A DNA stretch of 64,000 bases. Origin: Smithellaceae bacterium (lineage in GTDB: Bacteria; Desulfobacterota; Syntrophia; Syntrophales; Smithellaceae). This document shows positions 27,678 to 36,799 of this stretch, piece after piece (the stretch's first letter is position 1; each line of letters begins with the position of its first letter). The stretch covers positions 70,751 to 134,750 of the forward strand of contig JAUYFM010000068.1 in NCBI GenBank assembly GCA_030690945.1, given 5' to 3'. Position numbers and translations under genes: made by a program. The notes beneath the pieces are model-generated. The model searched no databases and was not told the DNA's origin. It saw nothing but the letters and a program-made list of their open reading frames with translations.

Positions 27678-29594
27678 ATGATGGATATAAAAGTTGTTTT
27701 CCCAGATAAAAATGAGCGAACATTTTCCGCCGGTATAACCACAGGCGAAGCCATCAGAAACTGGCAAAAAGATATTTTCAAATCTACTGTCGCCGTTAAA
27801 GTCAACGGCGTCTCTGTTGATTTGAGCTTTATTCTAAAAGAAGATTCAACGGTAGAGCCGATCGATATTTTATCGAGAAATGGCCTTTCCGTCTTGCGCC
27901 ACAGCATATCTCATGTTATGGCGCAGGCCGTGCAAGAGGTATTTAAGGGCGCCAAAGTTGCGATTGGTCCGTCTATTGAAGATGGGTTTTACTACGATTT
28001 CGAATGTGCCGAAACCTTTACCATGGATGATTTTGAAAAGATTGAAAAGCGGATGAGAGAAATTGTGGCCGCTGATTATCCATTTGTTCGGGAAGAATTG
28101 ACCCGCGAGAAAGCCGCTGAATTGTTCACCCAAAGAGGCGAAGATTACAAAGTGGAGTTGATTCGTGATTTACCCGCAGAAGTCACTGTAGTCAGCCTGT
28201 ATAAAGATGGAGATTATGTCGATTTGTGTCGCGGGCCACACATCCCGTCGACAGGTAAAATCAAGGCGTTTAAACTGCTGAGTGTGGCGGGAGCCTACTG
28301 GCGCGGCAATGAAAAAAACAAGATGCTGCAGCGCATTTACGGCACCGGTTTTGCCGATAAACAAGCGCTTACGGATTATCTGAATCTGCTGGAAGAAGCC
28401 AAAAAAAGAGATCATCGCCGCTTGGGCAGGGAACTGGATCTATTTCAGATCAACGATGAGGCAGGCGCTGGCTTGGCCATCTTTCATCCCAAGGGAATGT
28501 TACTGCGTTACATTATTGAAGAGTGGGAAAGAAAAGAGCATTTAAAGCGCGGTTACGATATGGTCATGGGGCCTCAGATTCTTAAAGTGGATCTGTGGAA
28601 GAAATCCGGCCACTTTGATCATTACCGCGATAATATGTATTTTACCGAGGTTGACGAGCAGACTTACGGCATTAAGCCGATGAACTGTCTTTCCCATATG
28701 CTGATCTATAAATCAAAAATCCGCAGTTACCGGGATCTGCCGCTTCGGTATTTTGAATTGGGCACGGTTCACCGTCATGAAAAAACAGGTGTGTTACACG
28801 GGTTGATGCGTGTGCGTCAATTCACGCAGGATGATGCTCATATTCTCTGCATGCCCCAACAGCTTAATGCTGAAATCCGTGCCATTGCCGATTTTGTCAA
28901 TTATGCGATGGGTATTTTTGGTTTTGAATATGAAGTGGAATTAAGCACCAGGCCTGAACATTCCATCGGGTCCGATGCGGATTGGGAACTGGCTACTTCT
29001 GCGCTGGAAAGCGCTCTCAAGGATAACAACATCAGCTATGAGGTTAATGAAGGCGACGGCGCTTTTTACGGGCCGAAAATCGATTTTAAACTCAAGGACG
29101 CTTTAAAAAGAAAATGGCAGTGCGCGACGATCCAGTGCGATTTTACACTGCCGGAACGATTTGATTTGAGTTACATCGGCGCGGACGGTGAAAAGCACCG
29201 CCCCGTCATGCTTCATCGTGTTATTCTGGGCGCGATTGAACGGTTCATGGGTGTACTCATCGAGCATTACGCAGGCGCCTTTCCGGTGTGGCTGGCGCCG
29301 ACGCAATGTGTTTTGTTGACGGTGACGGATAAGCATATTCCTTACGCGCAGACGGTTTATGCCCGATTAATCGATGCCGGGATCCGTTGTGAAATGTATT
29401 TTGACAATGAAAAATTAGGCTATAAAATCCGCCAGGCTCAAATGCAGAAAATTCCTTACATGCTGGTCATTGGCGATAAGGAAATGGAGGCCGAAACAGT
29501 TGCGCCGCGTATCCGCGACGGTCAGAATCTCGGCGCGCTGCCGGTTGAACAATTTATTGCTTTAGTGCAGGAAATGTGTGAGAAAAAGAAGTAA
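27678..29594 (+). CDS. thrS: Threonine--tRNA ligase
   Basis: TGS domain, editing-domain [10 protein letters not shown], class II core (HRHE..G...[14 protein letters not shown]). Start is 27678 or 27681 (the ORF opens at GTG 27660). Confidence 0.95.
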   Translation: MMDIKVVFPDKNERTFSAGITTGEAIRNWQKDIFKSTVAVKVNGVSVDLSFILKEDSTVEPIDILSRNGLSVLRHSISHVMAQAVQEVFKGAKVAIGPSIEDGFYYDFECAETFTMDDFEKIEKRMREIVAADYPFVREELTREKAAELFTQRGEDYKVELIRDLPAEVTVVSLYKDGDYVDLCRGPHIPSTGKIKAFKLLSVAGAYWRGNEKNKMLQRIYGTGFADKQALTDYLNLLEEAKKRDHRRLGRELDLFQINDEAGAGLAIFHPKGMLLRYIIEEWERKEHLKRGYDMVMGPQILKVDLWKKSGHFDHYRDNMYFTEVDEQTYGIKPMNCLSHMLIYKSKIRSYRDLPLRYFELGTVHRHEKTGVLHGLMRVRQFTQDDAHILCMPQQLNAEIRAIADFVNYAMGIFGFEYEVELSTRPEHSIGSDADWELATSALESALKDNNISYEVNEGDGAFYGPKIDFKLKDALKRKWQCATIQCDFTLPERFDLSYIGADGEKHRPVMLHRVILGAIERFMGVLIEHYAGAFPVWLAPTQCVLLTVTDKHIPYAQTVYARLIDAGIRCEMYFDNEKLGYKIRQAQMQKIPYMLVIGDKEMEAETVAPRIRDGQNLGALPVEQFIALVQEMCEKKK

Positions 29595-29600
29595 CATTTT

Positions 29601-29703
29601 AATCAACCACCTCGCGAGCTCGCTGTCGAGGTATGAATTGAACGTCATTATATCGCAGCAAGCTGCGGAGAATTAACGCTCGTCCCGCAACAGCGGGATT
29701 AAA
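29601..29703 (+). repeat. Dispersed ~103-bp three-hairpin intergenic repeat, copy C
   Basis: aatcaaccacctcgcgagctcgctgtcgaggtatgaattgaacgtcattatatcgcagcaagctgcggagaattaacgctcgtcccgcaacagcgggattaa. Confidence 0.85.
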
Positions 29704-29727
29704 GAACTGATTACTGGGAGGTGCGGT

Positions 29728-30237
29728 ATAGTTAAGGATTTAAGAATCAACAGAGAAATAAAGTCGGCGACTGTCAGGGTTATTAATGAAGAAGGACAGC
29801 CGCTGGGCGTTATTTCACTGGATGAAGCGATTGCCAATGCGGAAAGAGTTGGTCTGGATTTAGTGGAAGTATCATCCAACACCGAGCCGCCGGTCTGCAA
29901 AATAATGGATTATGGAAAATACCGTTATAAGCAAAGTAAAAAAATCCATGATGCCAGAAAAAGCCAGACGGTTATTCATGTGAAGGAAATCCGTTTAAGA
30001 CCCAAAACAGAAGCGCATGACTTGCAGACGAAAATAAAACATATAAAAAAGTTTTTGGAACAACACGACAAGGTGAAAGTATCAATGATGTTCAGGGGGC
30101 GTGAGATCGCCTTTACCGATATCGGCCGTAAATTGATGGACCAAATTAAAATCGCGTTGGCTGATGAATGTATTATGGATCAGGAGCCTAGGCTCGAAGG
30201 CCGGAACATGATCATGATTGTTTCACCCAAAAAATAA
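29728..30237 (+). CDS. infC: Translation initiation factor IF-3 (non-canonical ATA start proposed)
   Basis: The IF-3 N-domain sequence (VKDLRINREI...VRVINEEGQPLGVISLDEAIANAERVGLDLVEV) is encoded in frame upstream of the first ATG (29863). gggagg SD at 29716-29721, then ATA at 29728. Confidence 0.8.
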   Translation: MVKDLRINREIKSATVRVINEEGQPLGVISLDEAIANAERVGLDLVEVSSNTEPPVCKIMDYGKYRYKQSKKIHDARKSQTVIHVKEIRLRPKTEAHDLQTKIKHIKKFLEQHDKVKVSMMFRGREIAFTDIGRKLMDQIKIALADECIMDQEPRLEGRNMIMIVSPKK

Positions 30238-30266
30238 ATAAATGATAATAAAGAAGAGGTGATGAT

Positions 30267-30464
30267 ATGCCAAAGATGAAAACACACAGAGGAGCTGCCA
30301 AGCGCTTTTCGATTACTGCCAAAGGTAAGGTGAAGCGCAGTAGGGCTTTTGCCAGCCACATTCTCACAAAAAAAACAACAAAAAGAAAAAGAACTTTAAG
30401 GAAATCAACGCTGGTTCATTCGGCAAATGAGAGCGCAATCAAGAGGCTTATTCCTTATTTATAG
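30267..30464 (+). CDS. rpmI: 50S ribosomal protein L35
   Basis: [14 protein letters not shown]. Confidence 0.95.
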   Translation: MPKMKTHRGAAKRFSITAKGKVKRSRAFASHILTKKTTKRKRTLRKSTLVHSANESAIKRLIPYL

Positions 30465-30512
30465 TCGGTAAAGCAATACAGAAGCTGTATTAATTGAGGA
30501 GAGTAAAAGAAA

Positions 30513-30872
30513 ATGGCAAGGATTAAAAGAGGCGTCACTGCCCGTAAAAAAAGAAGATCAATATTAAAGAGAGCTAAAGGTTTCTTTGGCGCACGCAGCC
30601 GATTGCTCAGAACCGCAACGGAAGCTGTCAACAAGGCCCTGAGCTATGCTTATCGTGACCGCAGGGGCCGTAAAAGAGAATTTCGCCAGCTGTGGATAGC
30701 GCGTATCAACGCCGCTGCCCGTCTGAACAATATCTCTTACAGCCGCCTTATGGATGCCATGAAGAAAGCGGACATCACGCTGGATCGCAAAATTCTGGCT
30801 GAACTGGCTGTTAATGACCCGCAGGGTTTCGCTATGATTGTGGCAACAGCCAAAGGCGAGCAGGCGGCATGA
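30513..30872 (+). CDS. rplT: 50S ribosomal protein L20
   Basis: [29 protein letters not shown]. Confidence 0.95.
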   Translation: MARIKRGVTARKKRRSILKRAKGFFGARSRLLRTATEAVNKALSYAYRDRRGRKREFRQLWIARINAAARLNNISYSRLMDAMKKADITLDRKILAELAVNDPQGFAMIVATAKGEQAA

Positions 30873-31885
30873 TTGCGGATATTCAACAGCTGGAAAAAGC
30901 TGCCCTTGCCGAACTGGAAAATGCCAGGGCGGAAGATTCGATTCTGGCTGTGAGAACAAAATATCTGGGACGCAAAGGGCTCCTCACCGGTCTTTTGAGA
31001 AATATTTCTCAGGTGCCGATTGATGAAAAACCTCTTTTCGGCAAACGCTGCAATGAAGTGAAGGAAATTCTCGAAACAAAAATTGATGAAGCTCTACAGC
31101 TTCAGACGCAGGGTGAAAAAGAAGAAAGTCTGGCCAGGGAAAAAATAGATGTCACGCTGCCCGGCAGAGGTATTCGATCGGGCAGAATCCATCCTGTTAT
31201 TCAAATCCGCCGTGAAATTTGCGATATCTTCGCTTCTTTCGGTTTTTCAGTTGTCGAAGGCCCGGAAGTCGAGTTGGACTATTACAACTTTGAAGCGCTG
31301 AACATTCCCAAGGATCATCCCGCACGCGATATGCAGGATACCTTCTACATCGAAGATAATATCGTCCTGCGCACCCACACCTCGCCGGTTCAGGTAAGGA
31401 TCATGGAGAAGGTGAAACCACCCGTGCGTATTTTGTGCCCCGGACGGGTTTACCGACCCGATTCCGATGTTTCCCACACACCGATGTTTCATCAGATTGA
31501 AGGATTGCTGGTGGATAAGGGAGTCAGTTTTGCCGATCTGAAAGGCATTCTGACCGCTTTTCTCAAAAAAGTATTTGGTGACGATACAACTTTGCGTTTT
31601 CGTCCCAGTTTTTTCCCCTTTACCGAACCATCCGCTGAGGTGGACATCCGTTGCGTAATTTGTCAGGGCAAAGGTTGTCGTGTTTGCGGACAGAGCGGCT
31701 GGTTGGAAATTCTAGGGTCAGGCATGGTTGATCCCGCCGTTTTTCAAAATGTCGGTTATGACGCGGAAGTTTATTCAGGGTTTGCTTTTGGTCTTGGACT
31801 GGAACGCATAGCCATGCTGAAATATGGCATTACCGATATCCGTCTTTTATTTGAAAACGATATTCGATTCCTTAAACAATTCTAG
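30869..31885 (+). CDS. pheS: Phenylalanine--tRNA ligase alpha subunit
   Basis: Class II motifs ([37 protein letters not shown]). Confidence 0.95.
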   Translation: MIADIQQLEKAALAELENARAEDSILAVRTKYLGRKGLLTGLLRNISQVPIDEKPLFGKRCNEVKEILETKIDEALQLQTQGEKEESLAREKIDVTLPGRGIRSGRIHPVIQIRREICDIFASFGFSVVEGPEVELDYYNFEALNIPKDHPARDMQDTFYIEDNIVLRTHTSPVQVRIMEKVKPPVRILCPGRVYRPDSDVSHTPMFHQIEGLLVDKGVSFADLKGILTAFLKKVFGDDTTLRFRPSFFPFTEPSAEVDIRCVICQGKGCRVCGQSGWLEILGSGMVDPAVFQNVGYDAEVYSGFAFGLGLERIAMLKYGITDIRLLFENDIRFLKQF

Positions 31886-31899
31886 GAGAGCTTCATCTC

Positions 31900-34308
31900 A
31901 TGCTCGTTAGTCTTAAATGGCTTAAAGATTATATTGATCTGGAATTAACGGCGCCCCAGCTTGCCGATCGTTTAACCATGACCGGTCTGGAAGTGGATGA
32001 GATCAAGACCATTGCGCATAAGTTTTCCGGCGTTGTGGTTGCAAAAATTTTATCCGTGAGAAAGCATCCGGGAGCGGAGAAGCTGTCTTTGTGTGACGTC
32101 ACGGACGGATCTCAGACTTATCCGGTTGTCTGTGGAGCCAAAAATATAAAAGCCGGCGATGTCGTGCCACTGGCGAAAATCGGCGCGGTTATTCCCGGCG
32201 GATACACGATCAAAGCAACCGTATTACGCGGTGAGAAATCCGACGGCATGCTTTGTTCGGAGGCGGAGTTGGAAATCGGCGATGACACATCGGGTATTAT
32301 GCAATTACCGACCGGACTGACGCTGGGGACTCCTCTGGAGTCGGCCCTGAATCTGGGCGATACCGTTTTGGATGTCAGCATTACGCCGAACCGTTCCGAT
32401 TGTCTGAGTATGATCGGTATGGCCCGTGAAGTTGCCGCCTTAACTGGTAAGAAAATTAAAATGCCGGTCATCAAAATAAAAGAATCAACCGAAGACATTT
32501 CATCACTTTCCTCGGTATCCATTGTGGATGCGGATCTGTGTCCGCGTTATTCCGCCCGAATGATCAAAAACGTTAAAATCGGCGATTCTCCGGTTTGGAT
32601 GAAGACACGGCTCGAAGCCGCCGGTTTACGCGCGATCAATAATGTTGTGGATGTGACAAACTTCGTCATGCTGGAAATGGGTCAGCCACTGCACGCTTTC
32701 GATTTTCGTTTCCTGGCAGAGGGACGTATTGTTGTGCGTAAATCAAAAGTCGGTGAAGAATTTATTTCGCTTGATGAGAAAAGCCGCATCCTTCCGGAAA
32801 ACACCTTGTTGATCTGCGACGGTAAAAAGCCCGTGGCCATCGGCGGAATAATGGGTGGTCTCAATTCTGAAGTGAAAGAAGATACAGACACCATTTTTCT
32901 CGAGAGTGCTTATTTTAGCCCTTCGTCTATTCGCCGTTCATCGCGCCGCCTGGCGATGCCGACCGATGCCGCTTTTCGTTTTGAAAGAGGTATTGATCCG
33001 GAAGGCGTGATTCGAGCGCTCAATCGCGCGGCGCAACTGATTGCCGAGCTTTCCGGCGGTTCCATCTGTAAAAACCAGCTTGATGAATACCCGCAGAAAA
33101 TAACGGCTGTTGCAAACATTCCCCTGCGTCTGGACAGAATTTGTGAAATGATTGGCACGCCCATTGCGGCCAAAGACGTTGTGCGAATCCTGAAGAGTCT
33201 TGGCATGACGGTCCGCCAAGAGGGCAAGGGAAAGTATCTTGTGACGCCACCGACGTTTCGTGTGGATATTGAAAGAGAGATTGATCTGATTGAAGAGGTT
33301 GTGCGGCTGTATGGCTATGATCGCGTACCTACAACCCTGCCTGCTGTCTCGGTGACGGAGATGGCGGTCATTCCTCGCCTCGATCTGGAGGAAAGAATCC
33401 GTCAATTGCTCATCGGTAGCGGCTATTCGGAAATCATCAACTACAGTTTTACATCGCCCGCCTCGGTTGGTTATCTTTGCTTGCCGTCAGACGATGAACG
33501 GCGCAATTTTGTGGTCATAAAAAATCCGCTGACGGAAGAGCAAGCGGTGATGCGCACAACCATGGCTTACGGATTACTGGAGACCCTGAAGAAAAATATT
33601 AATAATGCGTCTTCCAATTTAAAGATATTTGAAATGGGGCGGATATTCCTGGCGCGCAAGTCAGGAGATTTGCCGGAAGAAAAGAATATCCTGGCCGGGC
33701 TTTTGACGGGAAAGGTATCGGAAGACCTTTGGGGTTCGAAAGTAAATGTTGATTTTTATGATCTTAAAGGCTGCCTGGAAAATATTTTTTATGACCTGAA
33801 GCTGGATGATTGCCGTTATTGTGCTGAAATATCAGAACAATTTTTACATCCCGGTCAATCATGCGGCCTGTATTTCAATGAGACTCGGATAGGTTACCTA
33901 GGCCAGGTGCATCCGGAAGTGATGCAGAAAATGGATATCAAGACAACTGCGTATCTATTTGAAATTAATATTGATATATTAGAAAAACAGATAAATAGAC
34001 GGATCACTTACAGGGAAATATCCAAATTTCCGGCAGTCACTCGTGATGTCGCTTTTGTCATTCCCTTCTCTATGGAAGCGAAAAAGATGCTGGAAATTGT
34101 TTTAAGCCAACGTGAAGATTTGCTTGAAAATGTGGTGATTTTTGATATATACGTTGGTAAAGGTCTTAACGAAGGGGTAAAGAGTCTGGGGGTGAGATTT
34201 TCCTATCGTGCTATTAACAGGACTTTAACGGATACTGAAATCAATTCTATTCATGACAAAATTGTGCGCAACACCGTCCAACTGACGGGTGCAAAAATAA
34301 GAGCCTAA
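31900..34308 (+). CDS. pheT: Phenylalanine--tRNA ligase beta subunit
   Basis: MLVSLKWLKDYI N-terminus, tRNA-binding, B3/4, B5 and FDX-ACB domain order. 802 aa. Confidence 0.95.
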   Translation: MLVSLKWLKDYIDLELTAPQLADRLTMTGLEVDEIKTIAHKFSGVVVAKILSVRKHPGAEKLSLCDVTDGSQTYPVVCGAKNIKAGDVVPLAKIGAVIPGGYTIKATVLRGEKSDGMLCSEAELEIGDDTSGIMQLPTGLTLGTPLESALNLGDTVLDVSITPNRSDCLSMIGMAREVAALTGKKIKMPVIKIKESTEDISSLSSVSIVDADLCPRYSARMIKNVKIGDSPVWMKTRLEAAGLRAINNVVDVTNFVMLEMGQPLHAFDFRFLAEGRIVVRKSKVGEEFISLDEKSRILPENTLLICDGKKPVAIGGIMGGLNSEVKEDTDTIFLESAYFSPSSIRRSSRRLAMPTDAAFRFERGIDPEGVIRALNRAAQLIAELSGGSICKNQLDEYPQKITAVANIPLRLDRICEMIGTPIAAKDVVRILKSLGMTVRQEGKGKYLVTPPTFRVDIEREIDLIEEVVRLYGYDRVPTTLPAVSVTEMAVIPRLDLEERIRQLLIGSGYSEIINYSFTSPASVGYLCLPSDDERRNFVVIKNPLTEEQAVMRTTMAYGLLETLKKNINNASSNLKIFEMGRIFLARKSGDLPEEKNILAGLLTGKVSEDLWGSKVNVDFYDLKGCLENIFYDLKLDDCRYCAEISEQFLHPGQSCGLYFNETRIGYLGQVHPEVMQKMDIKTTAYLFEINIDILEKQINRRITYREISKFPAVTRDVAFVIPFSMEAKKMLEIVLSQREDLLENVVIFDIYVGKGLNEGVKSLGVRFSYRAINRTLTDTEINSIHDKIVRNTVQLTGAKIRA

Positions 34309-34341
34309 CAGTTTAAATGACGTTAAAACGGAGGAAAAGAA

Positions 34342-34617
34342 ATGACGAAGATTGATATTATTCAGAATGTTTACGAAAAACTCGGGTTTTCAAAAAAAGA
34401 ATCAGCGGATATTGTTGAATCCGTGTTTGACATCATCAAAGACAGCCTTGCACAAGGTGAGAGGGTAAAGATTTCCGGTTTCGGGAATTTTATGGTGAAA
34501 GAGAAACGCGCCCGACGAGGCCGTAATCCCCAAACCGGACAGGAAATATCCATTACCGCACGCCGGGTTTTGACTTTTAAGTCCTCTCAGGTACTGCGTA
34601 AATCTTTAAACGGCTAA
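34342..34617 (+). CDS. ihfA: Integration host factor alpha subunit (IHF/HU fold)
   Basis: ISGFGNFMVKEKRARRGRNPQTGQEI. Located after pheT, the classic position. Confidence 0.8.
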   Translation: MTKIDIIQNVYEKLGFSKKESADIVESVFDIIKDSLAQGERVKISGFGNFMVKEKRARRGRNPQTGQEISITARRVLTFKSSQVLRKSLNG

Positions 34618-34624
34618 TAATTTT

Positions 34625-34724
34625 AATCAACCACCTCGCGAGCTCGCTGTCGAGGTATGAAATGAACGTCATTATATCGCAGCTCGCTGCGGAGAATTGA
34701 CGCTCGTCCCGCAACAGCGGGATT
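34625..34724 (+). repeat. Dispersed ~103-bp three-hairpin intergenic repeat, copy D
   Basis: aatcaaccacctcgcgagctcgctgtcgaggtatgaaatgaacgtcattatatcgcagctcgctgcggagaattgacgctcgtcccgcaacagcgggatt. Confidence 0.85.
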
Positions 34725-34840
34725 CAACTGCACCGATGACACTGAACATTTAAAAGGCTTTTCCCGTTCGGTTTTAGACTGGGAGTTTTTTACTATTTTA
34801 GGTTGTCAGATGTCTTTCTCCTTAAGGATTCAGGAATTGT

Positions 34841-35179
34841 ATGGATAACATAATTCCCGAAAAGGCTTATTTCCGTATTGGAGAAGTGAGCAAAATCCTC
34901 AGTGTTGAACCTTATGTCATTCGTTACTGGGAGACGGAATTTAAGACGGTCAAACCGGTGCGGACCAAGGCGGCTCAGCGTCTGTATCGAAAAAAAGACG
35001 TAGAGGAATTATTAACGATTCGCAATTTGCTCTATCAGCAGCGGTTTACTATCAATGGCGCCAAAAAACAGCTGATGAAAAAGAGCGGCGATGATGAATC
35101 GGTTCTTACCGCCGGCCATCATGAAAAATTGATTTTAATTAAGAGGGAATTGCAGCAAATAAGAAAGATCATGAGCTAA
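34841..35179 (+). CDS. MerR-family transcriptional regulator
   Basis: N-terminal wHTH FRIGEVSKILSVEPYVIRYWETEF. 112 aa. Confidence 0.75.
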   Translation: MDNIIPEKAYFRIGEVSKILSVEPYVIRYWETEFKTVKPVRTKAAQRLYRKKDVEELLTIRNLLYQQRFTINGAKKQLMKKSGDDESVLTAGHHEKLILIKRELQQIRKIMS

Positions 35180-35209
35180 AAAGCCGGCAATGATGATTGC
35201 CGGCTTTTT
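35177..35209. terminator. Bidirectional rho-independent terminator
   Basis: aaaaagccggcaa-tgatga-ttgccggcttttt between convergent genes. Confidence 0.65.
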
Positions 35210-35231
35210 AGCTTTTGAAGAGCATCAAGCG

Positions 35232-35513
35232 TTATTTCTTCTTGCTTGCTCTTTTCGAAGCTTTGAGCGGGTTAATCTTCTGAGCTTCTTTAATTTCTGT
35301 TTTAATGTGTGATGCGGTGGGGCAGTTGCCGTTTATCCACTTGCTTTTCGGATCAGGATAGACCTTGCAATATTTGCCTGATTCGTACTCAATAATTTTA
35401 TTACAATCACCGCATTTGTCGATTATCAGAATACAGCTGCCGCCGAAGAATCCACAGCCTTTTTTGCTCATGAAACCGCATTCCACTCCATTTTTAACTG
35501 TCTGACAAAGCAT
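35232..35513 (-). CDS. PxxKW-type cysteine-rich small protein
   Basis: 93 aa with 10+ Cys (CQTV..CGF..CGFFGGSC..CGDC..C..) and the PKSKW motif. Family name from memory. Confidence 0.5.
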   Translation of the reverse strand: MLCQTVKNGVECGFMSKKGCGFFGGSCILIIDKCGDCNKIIEYESGKYCKVYPDPKSKWINGNCPTASHIKTEIKEAQKINPLKASKRASKKK

Positions 35514-35772
35514 TTTGTACGACCCCCTTATATAATAAATTACGCGATATTTTTTAGACGTTGCGAAAAAAGACAATAAATCAAGAAATATCCACAGTCG
35601 TCCTTGACATTAAAACCGGCGTGTCCTTAACAGCAAAAAAAAAGCCTGTCAAGAAAAATTAAAACTTCTTCTTTCCCCTGATTAAATTGACTTAGATGGT
35701 CATCTATGTTAGCTTTCTGGGTAAATAAAAAGAGGAAAATAATCAAAATATATGCGTTTGGGGCCGTAAAGA

Positions 35773-36534
35773 ATGAAAAGAGGGTCTTTAATTATAATAT
35801 TTTTGAGATCTTTTTTCATCCATGCCACGCTAAATTTTAGACGCATGCAAAATATTGGTTTCGCGTATGCGATGATTCCATTTCTCCGGGAACGGAAATT
35901 ATCCGGAAGGGATGAAGAAGAGATGCTGATCCGCAACTTGCAGATGTTTAACACGCATCCCTACTTATCTGCGCCGCTGATTGGCTCGATAATCCGCATG
36001 GAAGAAGAGCGGCGAGACGGTGATGAATCCTCATCCATCCTGATGGTTAAACAAAGCCTGACGGGCCCCTACGCCGCGATTGGCGACACTTTTTTCTGGG
36101 GTGCGCTCAGGCCCTGCGCGGGAATTTTTGCGGTTGCTTTGGCTTGTATGGGCTGGATTTTAGCCCCGCTAGCCTTTATGCTGATATACACACCCGCACA
36201 TATCTGGGTAAGATTGAGGGGATTTATTGAAGGTTACCGGGGGGGGAAGCAGGGCATTGAATTTATCCGTAGAATTGATTTGCCGCGCATTGCACCCCGG
36301 GTGCGATGGTTGTCTCTGGTGGTCCTGTCGGGCTGTGGCATCTGGCTTTTACAGGACGGGTATTTGACCTTTGCCGCAACATCATGGATGGTTGTGGCGC
36401 TGGCAGCGCTGGCCATCATTTTGCTTTGCTGGTTGTTAATTAAAAAAGGCGTATCGCAAGTTTATATTCTGTACGGTACAATGGTTATATTTCTGATTAT
36501 TTCGTTACGAGAGTTATTGATGTGGTGGAAATGA
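35773..36534 (+). CDS. PTS mannose/fructose/sorbose-family IID-like membrane component (orphan)
   Basis: N-terminus LRSFFIHATLNFRRMQNIGFAYAMIPFL is typical of EIID, with multiple TM helices. No IIA, IIB or IIC gene nearby. Confidence 0.65.
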   Translation: MKRGSLIIIFLRSFFIHATLNFRRMQNIGFAYAMIPFLRERKLSGRDEEEMLIRNLQMFNTHPYLSAPLIGSIIRMEEERRDGDESSSILMVKQSLTGPYAAIGDTFFWGALRPCAGIFAVALACMGWILAPLAFMLIYTPAHIWVRLRGFIEGYRGGKQGIEFIRRIDLPRIAPRVRWLSLVVLSGCGIWLLQDGYLTFAATSWMVVALAALAIILLCWLLIKKGVSQVYILYGTMVIFLIISLRELLMWWK

Positions 36535-36791
36535 AAACATTAAAATTAAAAAACAAATTAGGAATGCATGCGCGCGCGGCTGCGTCATTTGTTCGCATCG
36601 CGCAGAAGTACGGCGCGGAAATATTGATTGAGCGCAATGGTCAAACCGTGAATGGAAAGAGTATCCTGGGAATTTTGACACTTGCCTGTCCGATGGGCGG
36701 TATGATAACAGTGAGAGCTCAGGGCGCTGACGCCGCTCAGGCGCTGGATGAACTCGAAGCGTTGATTGAAAATAAATTTGGAGAAGAATAA
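36531..36791 (+). CDS. ptsH: Phosphocarrier protein HPr
   Basis: Active-site context NKLGMHARAAASF and the regulatory-Ser region GKSILG. ATGA overlap with the IID stop. Confidence 0.85.
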   Translation: MKTLKLKNKLGMHARAAASFVRIAQKYGAEILIERNGQTVNGKSILGILTLACPMGGMITVRAQGADAAQALDELEALIENKFGEE

Positions 36792-36799
36792 ACCAAAAC

